Shown here: in pieces, positions 39,607-49,816 of the stretch
How positions within the stretch are numbered: position 1 is the first letter of the stretch
How the letters are laid out: each line of letters opens with the position of its first letter
Program-made: the position numbers and the translations under genes
The notes under the pieces: generated by a model
Database searches by the model: none
Seen by the model: only the letters and a program-made list of their open reading frames with translations
Told to the model about the DNA's origin: nothing
Source of the DNA: an uncultured virus (IMG/VR IMGVR_UViG_3300027747_004168)
Taxonomy: Duplodnaviria > Heunggongvirae > Uroviricota > Caudoviricetes
Reading direction: 5' to 3' (one strand)
IMG/VR virus record: IMGVR_UViG_3300027747_004168
Length of the DNA: 64,000 bases

Positions 39607-39864
39607 ATGAACACATTCGAAGGCAAGTACGAGGCGATTCCCGAAGGCATCAAGGTCGGCATCCTTCGGTATGTCGAGTACCGCATTCCGCCCGGCAGTT
39701 TCCTCACCGCCGTTCTTAACAACGACCTCCAGAACGCGATCTTCCGTGCCGACGCCGAAAGCCTCAAAACTCTCCCTTTGGTCGTGCAGTGGTTCCACGA
39801 CCACAAACCCGACCTCTACGGGGCAGACAACTTCAAGAGGCACACCGACACCGTCAAGTTCTAG
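39607..39864 (+). CDS. conserved phage hypothetical
   Basis: PPGSFLTAVLNNDL..A..RAD. Confidence 0.7.
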   Translation: MNTFEGKYEAIPEGIKVGILRYVEYRIPPGSFLTAVLNNDLQNAIFRADAESLKTLPLVVQWFHDHKPDLYGADNFKRHTDTVKF

Positions 39865-39923
39865 AAGGGAATCCTCGAAACAACCCCTCCCCGACGGAAC
39901 CACCATCAGAAAGGGAACGAACC

Positions 39924-40172
39924 ATGCAGATCACGGAAGACCAGTTCGACGAGCTCCGCCCCATCCAGAACCCCCACGGGGACCACGGCTGGAACGGATG
40001 CCTGTTCGACACCAACGGCGTCGAGTTCAACTTCGTCAAGAACCAGCCCGAGAACACCGTCTGGACCCTGCTGTCCGAGAACGCTCTCGTCAGCGGCCTG
40101 CGCCTAGTCGACCGGGTCGGATATCTCGTCACCGAAGTCCCGTGGACCGAGGACACCGAGGTCATCCTCTAA
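39924..40172 (+). CDS. conserved phage hypothetical
   Basis: VWTL...SGLRLVDRVGYLVTEVPW. Confidence 0.7.
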   Translation: MQITEDQFDELRPIQNPHGDHGWNGCLFDTNGVEFNFVKNQPENTVWTLLSENALVSGLRLVDRVGYLVTEVPWTEDTEVIL

Positions 40173-40200
40173 GAAACCCCGCCGGCAGGGAGTAGAGGGC

Positions 40201-40572
40201 ATGGAAGTCACCTACCACGAAGCCGACGCATCCGACGTCACCAGCACGAGGGTCGTCGTCGCCGTCAAGGGCGAACTGCTCGTGGGATTCGCCACCTGGG
40301 ACGACAAGAGCAAGACCCTGGAGATAGTCAGGGTCGGACAGCCCTTCCGCCGAAAGGGATACGCCACACGACTCATCCAAGAGGCCGACAAAAGGGCGGG
40401 GACGACCCTGATCGACACCGGCGAGAGAAGCCCCGAGGGCACCGCCCTCCTCCAGAGCATGGAAAGAAGGATGACCAGGATCACCAAGAGGATCGACCCG
40501 AAGTCGTGCGGGACAACAATGATGTTCCTCCTCCAAGGCAGGCACTCGGAGGGCGAACTCAAGTTCCTCTGA
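40201..40572 (+). CDS. GNAT acetyltransferase
   Basis: VGQPFRRKGYATRLI motif A; SPEGTAL. Confidence 0.75.
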   Translation: MEVTYHEADASDVTSTRVVVAVKGELLVGFATWDDKSKTLEIVRVGQPFRRKGYATRLIQEADKRAGTTLIDTGERSPEGTALLQSMERRMTRITKRIDPKSCGTTMMFLLQGRHSEGELKFL

Positions 40573-40576
40573 CGCC

Positions 40577-40912
40577 ATGAGATACCACCCCGCCCAGTCC
40601 GACCCGGAGGCCATAAGGAAGATAGCCACGGCTTTCGAGATGTCCATGGAGAAGAGGAAGATCCTCCCCAGGAACCCCTGGAGGGCCAAGCGCACCGAGG
40701 CCTGGCTCGCCAGGATGGGGGCGAGGATGGAACCCGGCGACATGAGCATGAGCCCCTGGGGGAAACTGGAGAACGACAAGTTCTTCAACTTCAGGGTCGC
40801 ATGCCCGCCCAGCAAGAAGAGGATCAAGGGACACAGGGGATACAGATACATGCGCATCGAGATCCCCCACGACCTGGCAGACAAGATCCTGACCCTGGGA
40901 TACTTGCCCTAA
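40577..40912 (+). CDS. paralog family A
   Basis: IEIPHDLADKILTLGYLP. Confidence 0.8.
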   Translation: MRYHPAQSDPEAIRKIATAFEMSMEKRKILPRNPWRAKRTEAWLARMGARMEPGDMSMSPWGKLENDKFFNFRVACPPSKKRIKGHRGYRYMRIEIPHDLADKILTLGYLP

Positions 40913-40925
40913 GAAAGCCACCAAT

Positions 40926-41279
40926 ATGAGATTCCACCCGGTTCAGCACAATGTCGCCGCCCTCGAAAAGATAGCCGATATCTTCGAGGTGAAGATGAGG
41001 GAGAAGGGCATTCTTCCCAAGAACCCCCGGAAGGCCAAGCGCGTCCACGAATGGCTTTCCAAGATGGGAGCGAGGATGAAGCCCGGGAGCCGTCACTACG
41101 ACGTTTTCAGGGGGCAGGTTGATTGCTCCAACTTCGTCAACTTCAAGGTTCATTGCGATCCGCCCAAGCCCAGGAATCCCAGATCAAGACGCCTTTTGAG
41201 AGGCGAGGTGGCCTTCATGCGCGTCGAGATCCCCCACGACCTGGCAGACAAGATACTGACCCTGGGATACTTGCCCTAA
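40926..41279 (+). CDS. paralog family A; tandem duplicate of the previous gene
   Basis: VEIPHDLADKILTLGYLP. Confidence 0.8.
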   Translation: MRFHPVQHNVAALEKIADIFEVKMREKGILPKNPRKAKRVHEWLSKMGARMKPGSRHYDVFRGQVDCSNFVNFKVHCDPPKPRNPRSRRLLRGEVAFMRVEIPHDLADKILTLGYLP

Positions 41280-41307
41280 GAAACCCCCAGGGACGGGAAC
41301 CACGGTC

Positions 41308-41709
41308 ATGAAGACCCACCTCGAAGTCCGATTCCACCTCGCCTCCGGCCGCAACTTCCGCAAGTGGCAGGTCAAGGTCATGCGGGGACGTACCAAGGTC
41401 AGCGTCCACTACTACGACCCCAACGAGGTCCAGCTCGAGATGAGGGGCTGCCGACTCGCCAACGACGTCAGGAAGGCCGCCAAGGTAAACAAGGCCCAGA
41501 AGAAGGACGTCAGCGGCTGGGTTCACTGCGACGAGGTGTTGCCGACCTCCCTGCCCACAGACGGACTCGAGCGGATCTTCTACAATCCGATCAAAGACGT
41601 CCATTGGCGGCGTGAGGGGGACGCAGGCGAGTTCGCCTGGGATGAAACCGAGTACCAGACCCTCGTCACCGGCGGCCGCCAAGTCTACATCCTCGAGGAA
41701 CGGGACTGA
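41308..41709 (+). CDS. hypothetical phage protein
   Basis: VRFHLASGRNFRKWQV; YNPIKD. Confidence 0.7.
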   Translation: MKTHLEVRFHLASGRNFRKWQVKVMRGRTKVSVHYYDPNEVQLEMRGCRLANDVRKAAKVNKAQKKDVSGWVHCDEVLPTSLPTDGLERIFYNPIKDVHWRREGDAGEFAWDETEYQTLVTGGRQVYILEERD

Positions 41710-41764
41710 TCCTCGAAGAAACCCCGAACAACAGGAACCAAATCCACCCCAAGGAGAACGACCC

Positions 41765-42091
41765 ATGAAGACCATGCAGGAACTCGTCCTCGAGCAGATC
41801 GCCAAGACGATCGAGGACCACAAGCTCACCCCCGTCCAAAACGCCGTCTACGGCAACCAAGGCTCCGTCTACGCCATGGACGGACTCCAGAGCGTCTGCA
41901 AGGTCACCTACGACTTCCAGGCGGGGCACTGCTCCATGAGAGTCTCCCCCGTTCGCAACGTCAAGGAATGCCAGCACTACAGGGTCGAGGGCGACAGGAT
42001 CGTCTGGCAAGGCCTGAAGTACGAGGACGGCGACAGGATCAAGACCGTCCTCCACGAACTCGGCCACGCCATCGTCGGCGCGAAGGCCTAG
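41765..42091 (+). CDS. hypothetical
   Basis: Motif promoter and AAGGAG. Confidence 0.7.
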   Translation: MKTMQELVLEQIAKTIEDHKLTPVQNAVYGNQGSVYAMDGLQSVCKVTYDFQAGHCSMRVSPVRNVKECQHYRVEGDRIVWQGLKYEDGDRIKTVLHELGHAIVGAKA

Positions 42092-42095
42092 TGAT

Positions 42096-42389
42096 ATGGA
42101 TCACCGGAACCTCGGGAAACTGGCCCGGCTTCTAGAAGAGAAGTACTGGGAACTCATCGAAGGCAACACCTTCCGATCCAGAACCGCCAGAAACAGATGG
42201 TCTCGGAAGTGCAAATCCCTCGGGATCAGAAAGTCCGACTGCACCATGGAAGAGCCCGAAACCATAGACCAGCCACACGGCCAGGTCTTCGAGGAATTCG
42301 TCGTGGTGTTGGATCCATGCCCCGACGGGAGATGGCTCGAGATGACCAGGGAAACCGCCGAGAGGATCCTAGCCATAGGGATTCCCTGA
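42096..42389 (+). CDS. paralog family A
   Basis: WLEMTRETAERILAIGIP. Confidence 0.75.
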   Translation: MDHRNLGKLARLLEEKYWELIEGNTFRSRTARNRWSRKCKSLGIRKSDCTMEEPETIDQPHGQVFEEFVVVLDPCPDGRWLEMTRETAERILAIGIP

Positions 42390-42417
42390 GAAACCCCATC
42401 CGAAAGGACGGAAGGGC

Positions 42418-42804
42418 ATGAGGCTCGTCAACGCGGAGAAGTTCGGCAGGACCAGACGCTTCGACGTCTTCCGGGTCAGGGTCAAAAGAAACCCCAGACT
42501 CGGACGGCCACGCGACGTCTACATGGCCTGGCACCACACAGAAGACCTCCCTAGGCCCGTCTGCGTCGTCACCCTGTTCGAATGGACGGCACAGAGCGAG
42601 GACAAAAAGCCCCACGTCTTCGTCGAATGGATACACGTCGAGGACGAGGAGAGAAGGAAGGGCATCGCCACGGAGGTCATGTCGCTCCTCATCTCCAAGA
42701 TCAAGGGGATGTCCTACAACGGAGCCACAGACTGCGGCGAGGCTCTCTGCAAGAAACTCGACAGGATCAAGAGATCACTTAAGAAACCCGCCACCAAGGG
42801 ATAA
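42418..42804 (+). CDS. GNAT acetyltransferase
   Basis: IHVEDEERRKGIATEVM. Confidence 0.7.
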   Translation: MRLVNAEKFGRTRRFDVFRVRVKRNPRLGRPRDVYMAWHHTEDLPRPVCVVTLFEWTAQSEDKKPHVFVEWIHVEDEERRKGIATEVMSLLISKIKGMSYNGATDCGEALCKKLDRIKRSLKKPATKG

Positions 42805-42830
42805 AGGGACATCACCGACGAAGGAATCCT

Positions 42831-43121
42831 ATGGACACTAAAAAACTCCAAGACATCTTCACTGCAAAGGGACGGGAATTCGGCTCCCGCCCATGCAAGA
42901 CGGACGATCAGAACGGCGAAGACTGGCACGACTATGTGGCCAGTCTCGGCGTGAAAATCCTCGTCAAGGACGAGGTCTGTTCAATTCGGCGACCCGCGGA
43001 ACTGAAGTCCCTAATCAACGGGAAGGCCAACGGGAAATGGGTCTACGTCGATGACTGCGACAACTTCCTCCTTGTAGACCGAGGATTCGCGGAAAAAGTT
43101 GTTGTTCTGGGTCTGCCTTGA
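42831..43121 (+). CDS. paralog family A
   Basis: FLLVDRGFAEKVVVLGLP. Confidence 0.75.
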   Translation: MDTKKLQDIFTAKGREFGSRPCKTDDQNGEDWHDYVASLGVKILVKDEVCSIRRPAELKSLINGKANGKWVYVDDCDNFLLVDRGFAEKVVVLGLP

Positions 43122-43154
43122 CCTAAGAAACCCGCCAGGAAGGGATAGAGGGAC

Positions 43155-43463
43155 ATGACCAAGAAAGAGTCCGACCGACTGAAGGAACTCTTCCAGCAGA
43201 GGAGCAAGGACTTCTGGAGGGACGACACCGGGGAGTTCGACCCCAAGGCCTGGAGGAGATACCTCAAGAAGATCGAGGTTCGGATGGTCGAGCACGAAAT
43301 GCTGTGCGAGTTCTTCAACAACCGCACCGATGACAGCGTCCTGTGCGAGAACCCGCACATGGGCCTCGTCTGGATGGTTACTCCCCGAGACCTCGCCCTC
43401 AAGAGCCTCGTCCTAGGCGAACTGCCACCCAGATACTCGAAGAAACCCGCCAGGAAGGGATAG
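43155..43463 (+). CDS. paralog family A
   Basis: VTPRDLALKSLVLGELP. Confidence 0.75.
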   Translation: MTKKESDRLKELFQQRSKDFWRDDTGEFDPKAWRRYLKKIEVRMVEHEMLCEFFNNRTDDSVLCENPHMGLVWMVTPRDLALKSLVLGELPPRYSKKPARKG

Positions 43464-43466
43464 GAC

Positions 43467-43772
43467 ATGGACAAGAGCTACGGCAACTACGTCGTCAGGA
43501 AGACTTCCTGCGGTACATACTCCGTCACGAGGCAGGGTCAGCTCGTGGACGAGTTCAAGAGCTATGGCGAAGCACGCAAGAAGGCCAAGGCTCTATCGGA
43601 GGCCGAACACCCCGCCCAATCAAAGATCGACCTGAACAACAGACTTGTGTCTCTATGGAGGAAGGCCGGCCTCCCAGTCGTAGACGACTACTTCATGCCC
43701 ATTCCCGTCAGCTCCATACGAAAGGAGATCGCCAGAATGGAGAAGGCACTCGCTCGAGAGGGTAAACTCTAA
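43467..43772 (+). CDS. hypothetical
   Basis: Motif promoter at 43433. Confidence 0.65.
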   Translation: MDKSYGNYVVRKTSCGTYSVTRQGQLVDEFKSYGEARKKAKALSEAEHPAQSKIDLNNRLVSLWRKAGLPVVDDYFMPIPVSSIRKEIARMEKALAREGKL

Positions 43773-43800
43773 GAAACCCCAGCCACAGGGAACCAAGACC

Positions 43801-44043
43801 ATGACAGGCAAACTCGTCAGCATCGAGACCACCCAGGGATCACCCTTCGGACACCAGTGGTGGACCATCGAGGTCGAAGGCAAGGCCCAAAGGTTCGCCA
43901 TGTGGGAGGACTACACCCGGTGGCCCGCCCGAGGGACCACGGTCACCGTCGAGGAGACAGGACAGCAGGAGTGCCACACGGGGTACAACTCCAAGATCAT
44001 CCTCAAGCCCTGCGCTAGATTGGTGGGTTGCGAGAAGGGATAG
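43801..44043 (+). CDS. small OB-fold-like hypothetical
   Basis: Motif promoter at 43765. Confidence 0.6.
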   Translation: MTGKLVSIETTQGSPFGHQWWTIEVEGKAQRFAMWEDYTRWPARGTTVTVEETGQQECHTGYNSKIILKPCARLVGCEKG

Positions 44044-44068
44044 AAGGGAATAGAATAGAAACACACGC

Positions 44069-44144
44069 TCCCCGGTAGCTGAATTGGATACAGCACCGCT
44101 TTCCTAAAGCGGAGTTTTTGCGAGTTCGAGTCTCGCCCGGGGAA
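44069..44144 (+). tRNA. tRNA-Arg(CCU)
   Basis: TCCCCGG/CCGGGGA acceptor; CCGCT-TTCCTAA-AGCGG; GCGAG-TTCGAGT-CTCGC. Confidence 0.9.
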
Positions 44145-44191
44145 TTCCGCCACTTTCCTCTAAGAAACCCCATACCGCTGGACTCCAGGTC

Positions 44192-44449
44192 ATGGAATGG
44201 AACTGCCGGCACATGGAGGAGCTCTACTACATCATCGAGGGCAAGTGGGCCGGCAACGACATCGAGTCGTTCGAGCGGTGCCTGGCCGACCTCGGGATCA
44301 AGTGGGCCGAACTGGACGATGTCCACGACGCCCCGGAAGGCACCGTTGCGATCCACGAGGGCCTGGGAATCGAGGATCCAGACAAGAGGATGTGCTGGGT
44401 CATCCCCGACGATGTGGCCCTGAAACTGCTCGCAATCGGGATTCCCTAA
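44192..44449 (+). CDS. paralog family A
   Basis: WVIPDDVALKLLAIGIP. Confidence 0.75.
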   Translation: MEWNCRHMEELYYIIEGKWAGNDIESFERCLADLGIKWAELDDVHDAPEGTVAIHEGLGIEDPDKRMCWVIPDDVALKLLAIGIP

Positions 44450-44495
44450 GAAACCCCCCGCGCCTGGAAACAAAGCCACCCCAGGAGAACGAAAC

Positions 44496-44765
44496 ATGCG
44501 AGTCGCAAACGGATCCGCCCGAACACAGGTCCAGGCCAGGATCTCATTCGAGGGCAACAACACCTTCGGGGAGTGGGCCGGCCCGAACTACGTGGTCTAC
44601 AGCTACGGCCACCACTGGCCCCTGTTCGCCTACGTCGACGGCACCTGGTACGAGAACGTCGACAAGTTCTCCCGCACGACCAGCAAGCACAGCGGCCAAC
44701 TCCGCCCCATCGCCGACACCGAGAAGGTGACGAAGGACGAACTCCTCGACCTGCTGGGGCTGTGA
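44496..44765 (+). CDS. conserved phage hypothetical
   Basis: YVVYSYGHHWPL...FSRTTSKH. Confidence 0.75.
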   Translation: MRVANGSARTQVQARISFEGNNTFGEWAGPNYVVYSYGHHWPLFAYVDGTWYENVDKFSRTTSKHSGQLRPIADTEKVTKDELLDLLGL

Positions 44766-44766
44766 C

Positions 44767-45120
44767 ATGAGAATCAGCAAGAAGAGGCTCAGGGAAATAC
44801 TCGTCGAGCACTGCGTCGAACACGAGATCCCCAACAACCACCTGGTCAAGGAGAGGCCCTACACCCTGGAATACCTCAGGGGCATCCTGCGCAAGGGCAG
44901 GAGGGACAGGACAACCCCGGAATACTGGGCCACACAGGTTGTCCGCTGCGTGGAGCACGGCTTCAGGAAAATGAGGTACGATGTCCAGAACGAACCCGAG
45001 CCGGGACATGTCTGCGTGAGGATGTTCACCCGGGGCGAAGACAGCACCTGGGTCTGCATCCCCAAGGAAGTAGCAGAGAAGATCCTCGTGTTCGGCACGG
45101 TGCCCGACCCGAGGTTCTGA
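44767..45120 (+). CDS. paralog family A
   Basis: WVCIPKEVAEKILVFGTVP. Confidence 0.75.
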   Translation: MRISKKRLREILVEHCVEHEIPNNHLVKERPYTLEYLRGILRKGRRDRTTPEYWATQVVRCVEHGFRKMRYDVQNEPEPGHVCVRMFTRGEDSTWVCIPKEVAEKILVFGTVPDPRF

Positions 45121-45663
45121 TCCTCTAAGAAACCCCCCGAGACGGGAACCCAAGACATGAACACCGAAACCCCCAAGATGCCCCGCTGGCAGTACTTCAG
45201 CGACATGGGCAACAACTGCCGAGTCAACGGCATGAACCTCAAAGAGGCCGAGATCGCCGTCGAGTCGGCTCTGCCCAACCGCGAGGACTACGAATACTTT
45301 TGGACGGGCTACCAATACGGCAAGTCCGACGAAGTCCAGGCCCTGCCCTCCCGCTCCGAGATCGTCTAAGAAACCCCCCCACGCCAGGAACGCAAGTCAG
45401 AAAGGAACCCCACATGACCACCACCGAAAAGATCGCCGGCCTCGAGCGCAGAATCGAGCAGGTCCGCCTCCAGATGAACCGTCTGCTCCAAGTCGCCATC
45501 GACGAGTCGCAGAAGAGGGCCGTCACCCTGGGCCACCAGATGACCATCGAAGAGTTCCAGTCCCGCATCGACGCCCTCAAGGCCGGCCAGCCCGACCCGT
45601 TCGAGTGATCCTCGAACAAACCCTTCCGCCCAGGAACAACGAAAGTAACCAGGAGAGAATGAA

Positions 45664-46455
45664 ATGGGAATGTTTTCATGGCGCTGCAAGGGATGCGGCC
45701 ACGAGCTGAAGGCGGACGAGCTGGTCCGCATGAACGGGTGCAAGGGCACCTACGACGGGTACGGCGGCAACAGCGGAGGCTTCGACTCTGACGGAGGCGA
45801 GGTGGAGCCCGCCTGCTGGCACGAGGCGTGCTACCGCAAGGCCACCCAGGAGGAGCGGGACGACGAGACCCCGAGCAAGCACGCGGGCAACCAGGGCTTC
45901 GGATACCCCGCCCTGGCCTTCAGGAAGGGGTACAAGGAGGACGCGAAGACCGAGTACAGCGTGATCGTCCACACATTCGGAGAGCCGCGGAGGGAACTGC
46001 ACGCCGTCCCCTCCGCCAACGGCTACGAACTGCGCGACCGCCTGGCCTACAGGGCGGCCTACGACAACTGCGAGGGCCCCGAACTCCCAGACAACTTCCA
46101 GGAGATGACCGACGACGAGCGCGACGACTTCCTTCGTTTCTACCGCGAGGAGGTCGAGAAGAAGCTGGGGATGAAGAACCCCGAAGACAACCACGCACGC
46201 TTCCCCTCCCTGGAGAAGGCCAGGAAGGTCGCGGACGCCCTCGTATCCGACATCCCCGAGTACGACCTTGTGATCCTCGGCCGCCAGGGTAAGGTCGAGG
46301 GCCTGTGCTACGAGCGCACCCGGAACAGGAAGTACCTCCGGACCGCCGAAGGCATCGAGCCCACGGGCGAGTTCAGGGAGGAAGTCGAGTACGAGCACGG
46401 GATCCCGGCGGAGAAGAGCCGAAAAGGCGTCCTGGAACGGCTCTGCTCCGACTGA
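45664..46455 (+). CDS. hypothetical
   Basis: MGMFSWRCKGCGH..GTYDGYG..CWHEACY. Confidence 0.75.
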   Translation: MGMFSWRCKGCGHELKADELVRMNGCKGTYDGYGGNSGGFDSDGGEVEPACWHEACYRKATQEERDDETPSKHAGNQGFGYPALAFRKGYKEDAKTEYSVIVHTFGEPRRELHAVPSANGYELRDRLAYRAAYDNCEGPELPDNFQEMTDDERDDFLRFYREEVEKKLGMKNPEDNHARFPSLEKARKVADALVSDIPEYDLVILGRQGKVEGLCYERTRNRKYLRTAEGIEPTGEFREEVEYEHGIPAEKSRKGVLERLCSD

Positions 46456-47001
46456 TCCTCGAACAAACCGCCCCGCCCAGGAAACCAAGGCAGAAAGGAA
46501 CCCAGCCGTGATCAACATCGAACTCACCGAACAGGATCTGGCCGTCGTCGTCAGGGCCCTCAAGTCCCACAGGAAGGAGTGCTGCGTCGCCATCGACTCG
46601 GTCAAGTCACTCCTGGGGAAGGAAGACCCCGCCTACCCCCAGATGACCGGCGAGTACTACTCGGACATCCAGGCCGCCAGCGACCTCATCGACAGGCTCA
46701 CATGAAACCCCTCCCCAAGTGCGGCCCCTGCTCCATGAGGGTCGGGGACAGGCTCGTGGACGCCCCATTGCGCGTCGTGGGACTTACCCCATGCCGCCAG
46801 GGAGGCGGAGTCCTCCACTGGGCCTGGGACATGGACGAGGCCAGCCAGGCGGCCGACGCCTACCGCGATCACGGATACCACGATGTGAAGGTGATGAACG
46901 CCCTCACCGACCGCACCAGGCAGAAAGTCCACGAGGTCGTATTCGGACTCATGGGCGACGCCTGAGCTAACTTCCGCCGCCCCCGTGGTATACTCGGGGC
47001 C

Positions 47002-47655
47002 ATGAAGCGCACCCACAAGAGGATAGGGACGCCGGCCGCCGTCGCCATAGCCCAGCCCAGGCGCGAGCCCAAGACCGTCGTAGTCGTGGGCAGCGGCCGG
47101 GGAGGCACGAGCGCGATAGCCGGATCCATCCACCTCCTCGGCATAAGGATGATGGAGGACGAGGGATCCCTCAACTCCGAGGACTCCGAGATCGTCAGGG
47201 CATACCAGCGCAAGCGGCCGGGAGGGCACCAGGCGGCCGCCAGGGAGGTCGCCAGGATAATCGAGGAAAGGAACGCCGCGCACGACTTCTGGGGCTGGAA
47301 AGACCCGTCCGCGGACCTGTACCTCGAGTCAGTTATAAACCACGTCAGGAACCCGCACTTCGTTTTCGTGCTGAGGAACCTCCTGGACGTGGCGCTCTCC
47401 CACGTCGCGACCAGGACCGGCACCCTGGAGGCGGGCTTCGACTCCGCGCTGAAGAGGTACGCCAGGTACTGGGACATCCTACAGAAGCTCCATTGCCCGA
47501 CCCTCATGGTCAGCTACGAAAGGGCCGTCCTGGACCGAAACGCATTCGTCAAGGAGGTCTCGAACTTCCTCGGCATGAAGCCCTCCAGGTCCCAGGCGAA
47601 GTCCGCCCGAGACTTCCTCGACCCGGCCGGCGGGTACAGGCCCACAAGGAGCTAG
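47002..47655 (+). CDS. sulfotransferase-family protein
   Basis: VVGSGRGGTS (PAPS loop), WGWKDP, LRNLLDVALS, VSYE. Confidence 0.8.
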   Translation: MKRTHKRIGTPAAVAIAQPRREPKTVVVVGSGRGGTSAIAGSIHLLGIRMMEDEGSLNSEDSEIVRAYQRKRPGGHQAAAREVARIIEERNAAHDFWGWKDPSADLYLESVINHVRNPHFVFVLRNLLDVALSHVATRTGTLEAGFDSALKRYARYWDILQKLHCPTLMVSYERAVLDRNAFVKEVSNFLGMKPSRSQAKSARDFLDPAGGYRPTRS

Positions 47656-48383
47656 CGCCTCAGCCAGGAAAGCAGCGGCCCAGGATCCGAAAGCCCCTTG
47701 TAGGCCCGCTGTTCCTGGTTCATTCCCTCGATCGCGGCCGCCAGCGCCATCCGGTCGTAGTCCTCCACCAGGTACTGCCTGAGGATGAACAGGCAGCAGC
47801 CCAGCCGGGGGAACCCCACCGTCACCTGGCGCTCCACCTTCACAAGGACCAGCGGCCTCTCGATGGAGAAGATCGAACTGGGAACCGAGGGGTGGAAGTC
47901 GTAGCGACGGTCGTGCACCACGCTCCAGACGAACCTCTCGAAGCAGCCCTCGGCGCACATCGCCTGGACTATCTTGCCCGAGTTCGCCAGGTTCATCGGC
48001 ACCGGCCGGTGAATCTCCTCCCAGGAACGACCCAGCTTGTCCCTGGGCTCCCAGTGGCTCGGGAAACAGACGTGTGCGGCCGCGAGCCAGTCCCTTCCGT
48101 CCGCAACCCGGTGCACCATCAGGTCCTCAGGTATCCTCGAGGCCACCTCAAAGAGGCTCCCCAAGGGCCTCCAGGGGTGCCAGGAGCCGACCCAGGCCCC
48201 GAGGGTGTCCAGGATGCCCCTGGGGCAGTCGGCCTCCAGGACGGCCTCCCTGGCCCCCAGGATGGCCCTCTTCTCCTTCATGATCCGGCCGCTCTCGTCC
48301 TGGCGCGGCTCGAACACCTCGGCCGGCTCGATGCGCCTCAGGTTGGGCAGCGTGCTGTAGCCGTCTTTGTATGGGTGGTACAT
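47652..48383 (-). CDS. DUF3445 / heme-dependent oxidative N-demethylase alpha-like protein
   Basis: PEDL..AAHVCFPSHWEPRDKLGR..IHRPVP, ERFVWSV, VKVERQ, YKGL. Confidence 0.75.
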   Translation of the reverse strand: MYHPYKDGYSTLPNLRRIEPAEVFEPRQDESGRIMKEKRAILGAREAVLEADCPRGILDTLGAWVGSWHPWRPLGSLFEVASRIPEDLMVHRVADGRDWLAAAHVCFPSHWEPRDKLGRSWEEIHRPVPMNLANSGKIVQAMCAEGCFERFVWSVVHDRRYDFHPSVPSSIFSIERPLVLVKVERQVTVGFPRLGCCLFILRQYLVEDYDRMALAAAIEGMNQEQRAYKGLSDPGPLLSWLRR

Positions 48384-49009
48384 TAGGGTAAACTAGGGTC
48401 CGGCCGGCAAGAAGAACACAAAGCGGAGGAAAAAGGAAGTGGAACAGATCAGCGCGACCACGAGGAACATAATCAGCATCCTGGAGAGCATGCCCGTGGT
48501 GGTGCTCAAGCACGACCCGTCCGGAAGACGCACCCGAGAGAAGGTGTTCGAGGAGCTCAAGAAACTATCGGGCAACGGCTTCTCCACGTTCGAGGGACCC
48601 GAAGGCCTGGCCATCATCGCCGACGGGAGCGCCAGGAAGTTCCTCCTCTGACTCGAAGAAACCCCAGCCGAAGGGGACGAGAGTCGAAAGGAGACCCGCC
48701 ATGAACAAGGTCATCTGCTCGTTCGTCGCCGGATGCGCCCTCTGCTGGTTCGTCGGATGAGAAACCACAGGATGAGGGGCTACGGGGCCTGGTGCCAGGG
48801 CTGGCGAGACGCCGAGAGACTCCCGCCCGGACCCCCGCACAAACCGGGGATCCTGTTCTGGGGGTTCATCGGCGTCCTCGCGTTCACCTTCCTCAAGGTG
48901 ACCCTCGAGACCGGAAACCCCATGGGGATCCTCCTGGGACTCGCAGTCCTCGCGGGAGTCGTCAAGGGGCTGAATCCCTAAGGAAACCGCACGACCCGGA
49001 CCCGAAGAC

Positions 49010-49333
49010 ATGGAATGGCCACAGTCGCAGCGCAGGAAGCTCGCCCGGATCGTCAAGACCAGGTCCCTGACCATCCAGGACGAGGAGTTCCGAAAGGCCA
49101 GGGGAACGCTCCTGACCTACGGGGATATCCTCGAGGAAGTCGACCGCAGGATCCTTGAGGAGCTCGCACCGCTCGGCTTCACCAGGGCGAACAAGGACTG
49201 GGAACTCGAGACCCACAGCGACCTGATGATATTCAAGGACTCGCCCACCCACCTCTGGTTCGAGACCGCCCAGGCCAGGATAGTGAAGATAAGCAAGGAG
49301 CAGGCGGAGAAGTTGCTCGTCCTGGGCATGTAA
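49010..49333 (+). CDS. paralog family A
   Basis: VKISKEQAEKLLVLGM. Confidence 0.7.
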   Translation: MEWPQSQRRKLARIVKTRSLTIQDEEFRKARGTLLTYGDILEEVDRRILEELAPLGFTRANKDWELETHSDLMIFKDSPTHLWFETAQARIVKISKEQAEKLLVLGM

Positions 49334-49430
49334 AAGCAACGCGCCCAACAGGGGAAAAGCAATCCCCTAAGAAACCCCGGGGACAGGGAGCGGAAAGAGT
49401 CCACCCAACACCCCCGAGGAGAACGAGAAC

Positions 49431-49691
49431 ATGGCGCGCTGCGAAGACTTCCCCTGCTGCGGACACGAGAACGGATGCTGCCCCCGCTACGAGGGCGGTC
49501 GCCAGGTCGACATGGTCTGCGTCTGCGGAACCCGCCTGCCGATCGACAACCCCGTGAGCATCTGCAACACCTGCCTCAAGGAGGCCGAACACGAGGACGG
49601 CCACTACGCCGACATGGACGCCTACGACGCCGACATGGACGGGGACTGCGACGATACCCCCCTGTGCGAAGACCACTTCTGTTGGGAATGA
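49431..49691 (+). CDS. small Cys-rich protein
   Basis: CEDFPCCGH..CC, CVCG, CNTC; GAGGAG RBS. Confidence 0.7.
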   Translation: MARCEDFPCCGHENGCCPRYEGGRQVDMVCVCGTRLPIDNPVSICNTCLKEAEHEDGHYADMDAYDADMDGDCDDTPLCEDHFCWE

Positions 49692-49816
49692 ATGTGGCTC
49701 CCGCCCGGGCGGGTCAGGAAAACGCCCCCCCTGACCCGCCCGCGGGACTTCCCCTAAGGAACCCCAACCGCAGGGAACGCACAGAGTCCACCACCAACAC
49801 CCCAAAGGAACGAACG

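Noticed and set aside
40849..41283. DGR template/variable repeat pair
   Set aside because: The two mismatches (A/G and C/A) do not fit adenine mutagenesis from a single template; both copies are coding; no reverse transcriptase in the window
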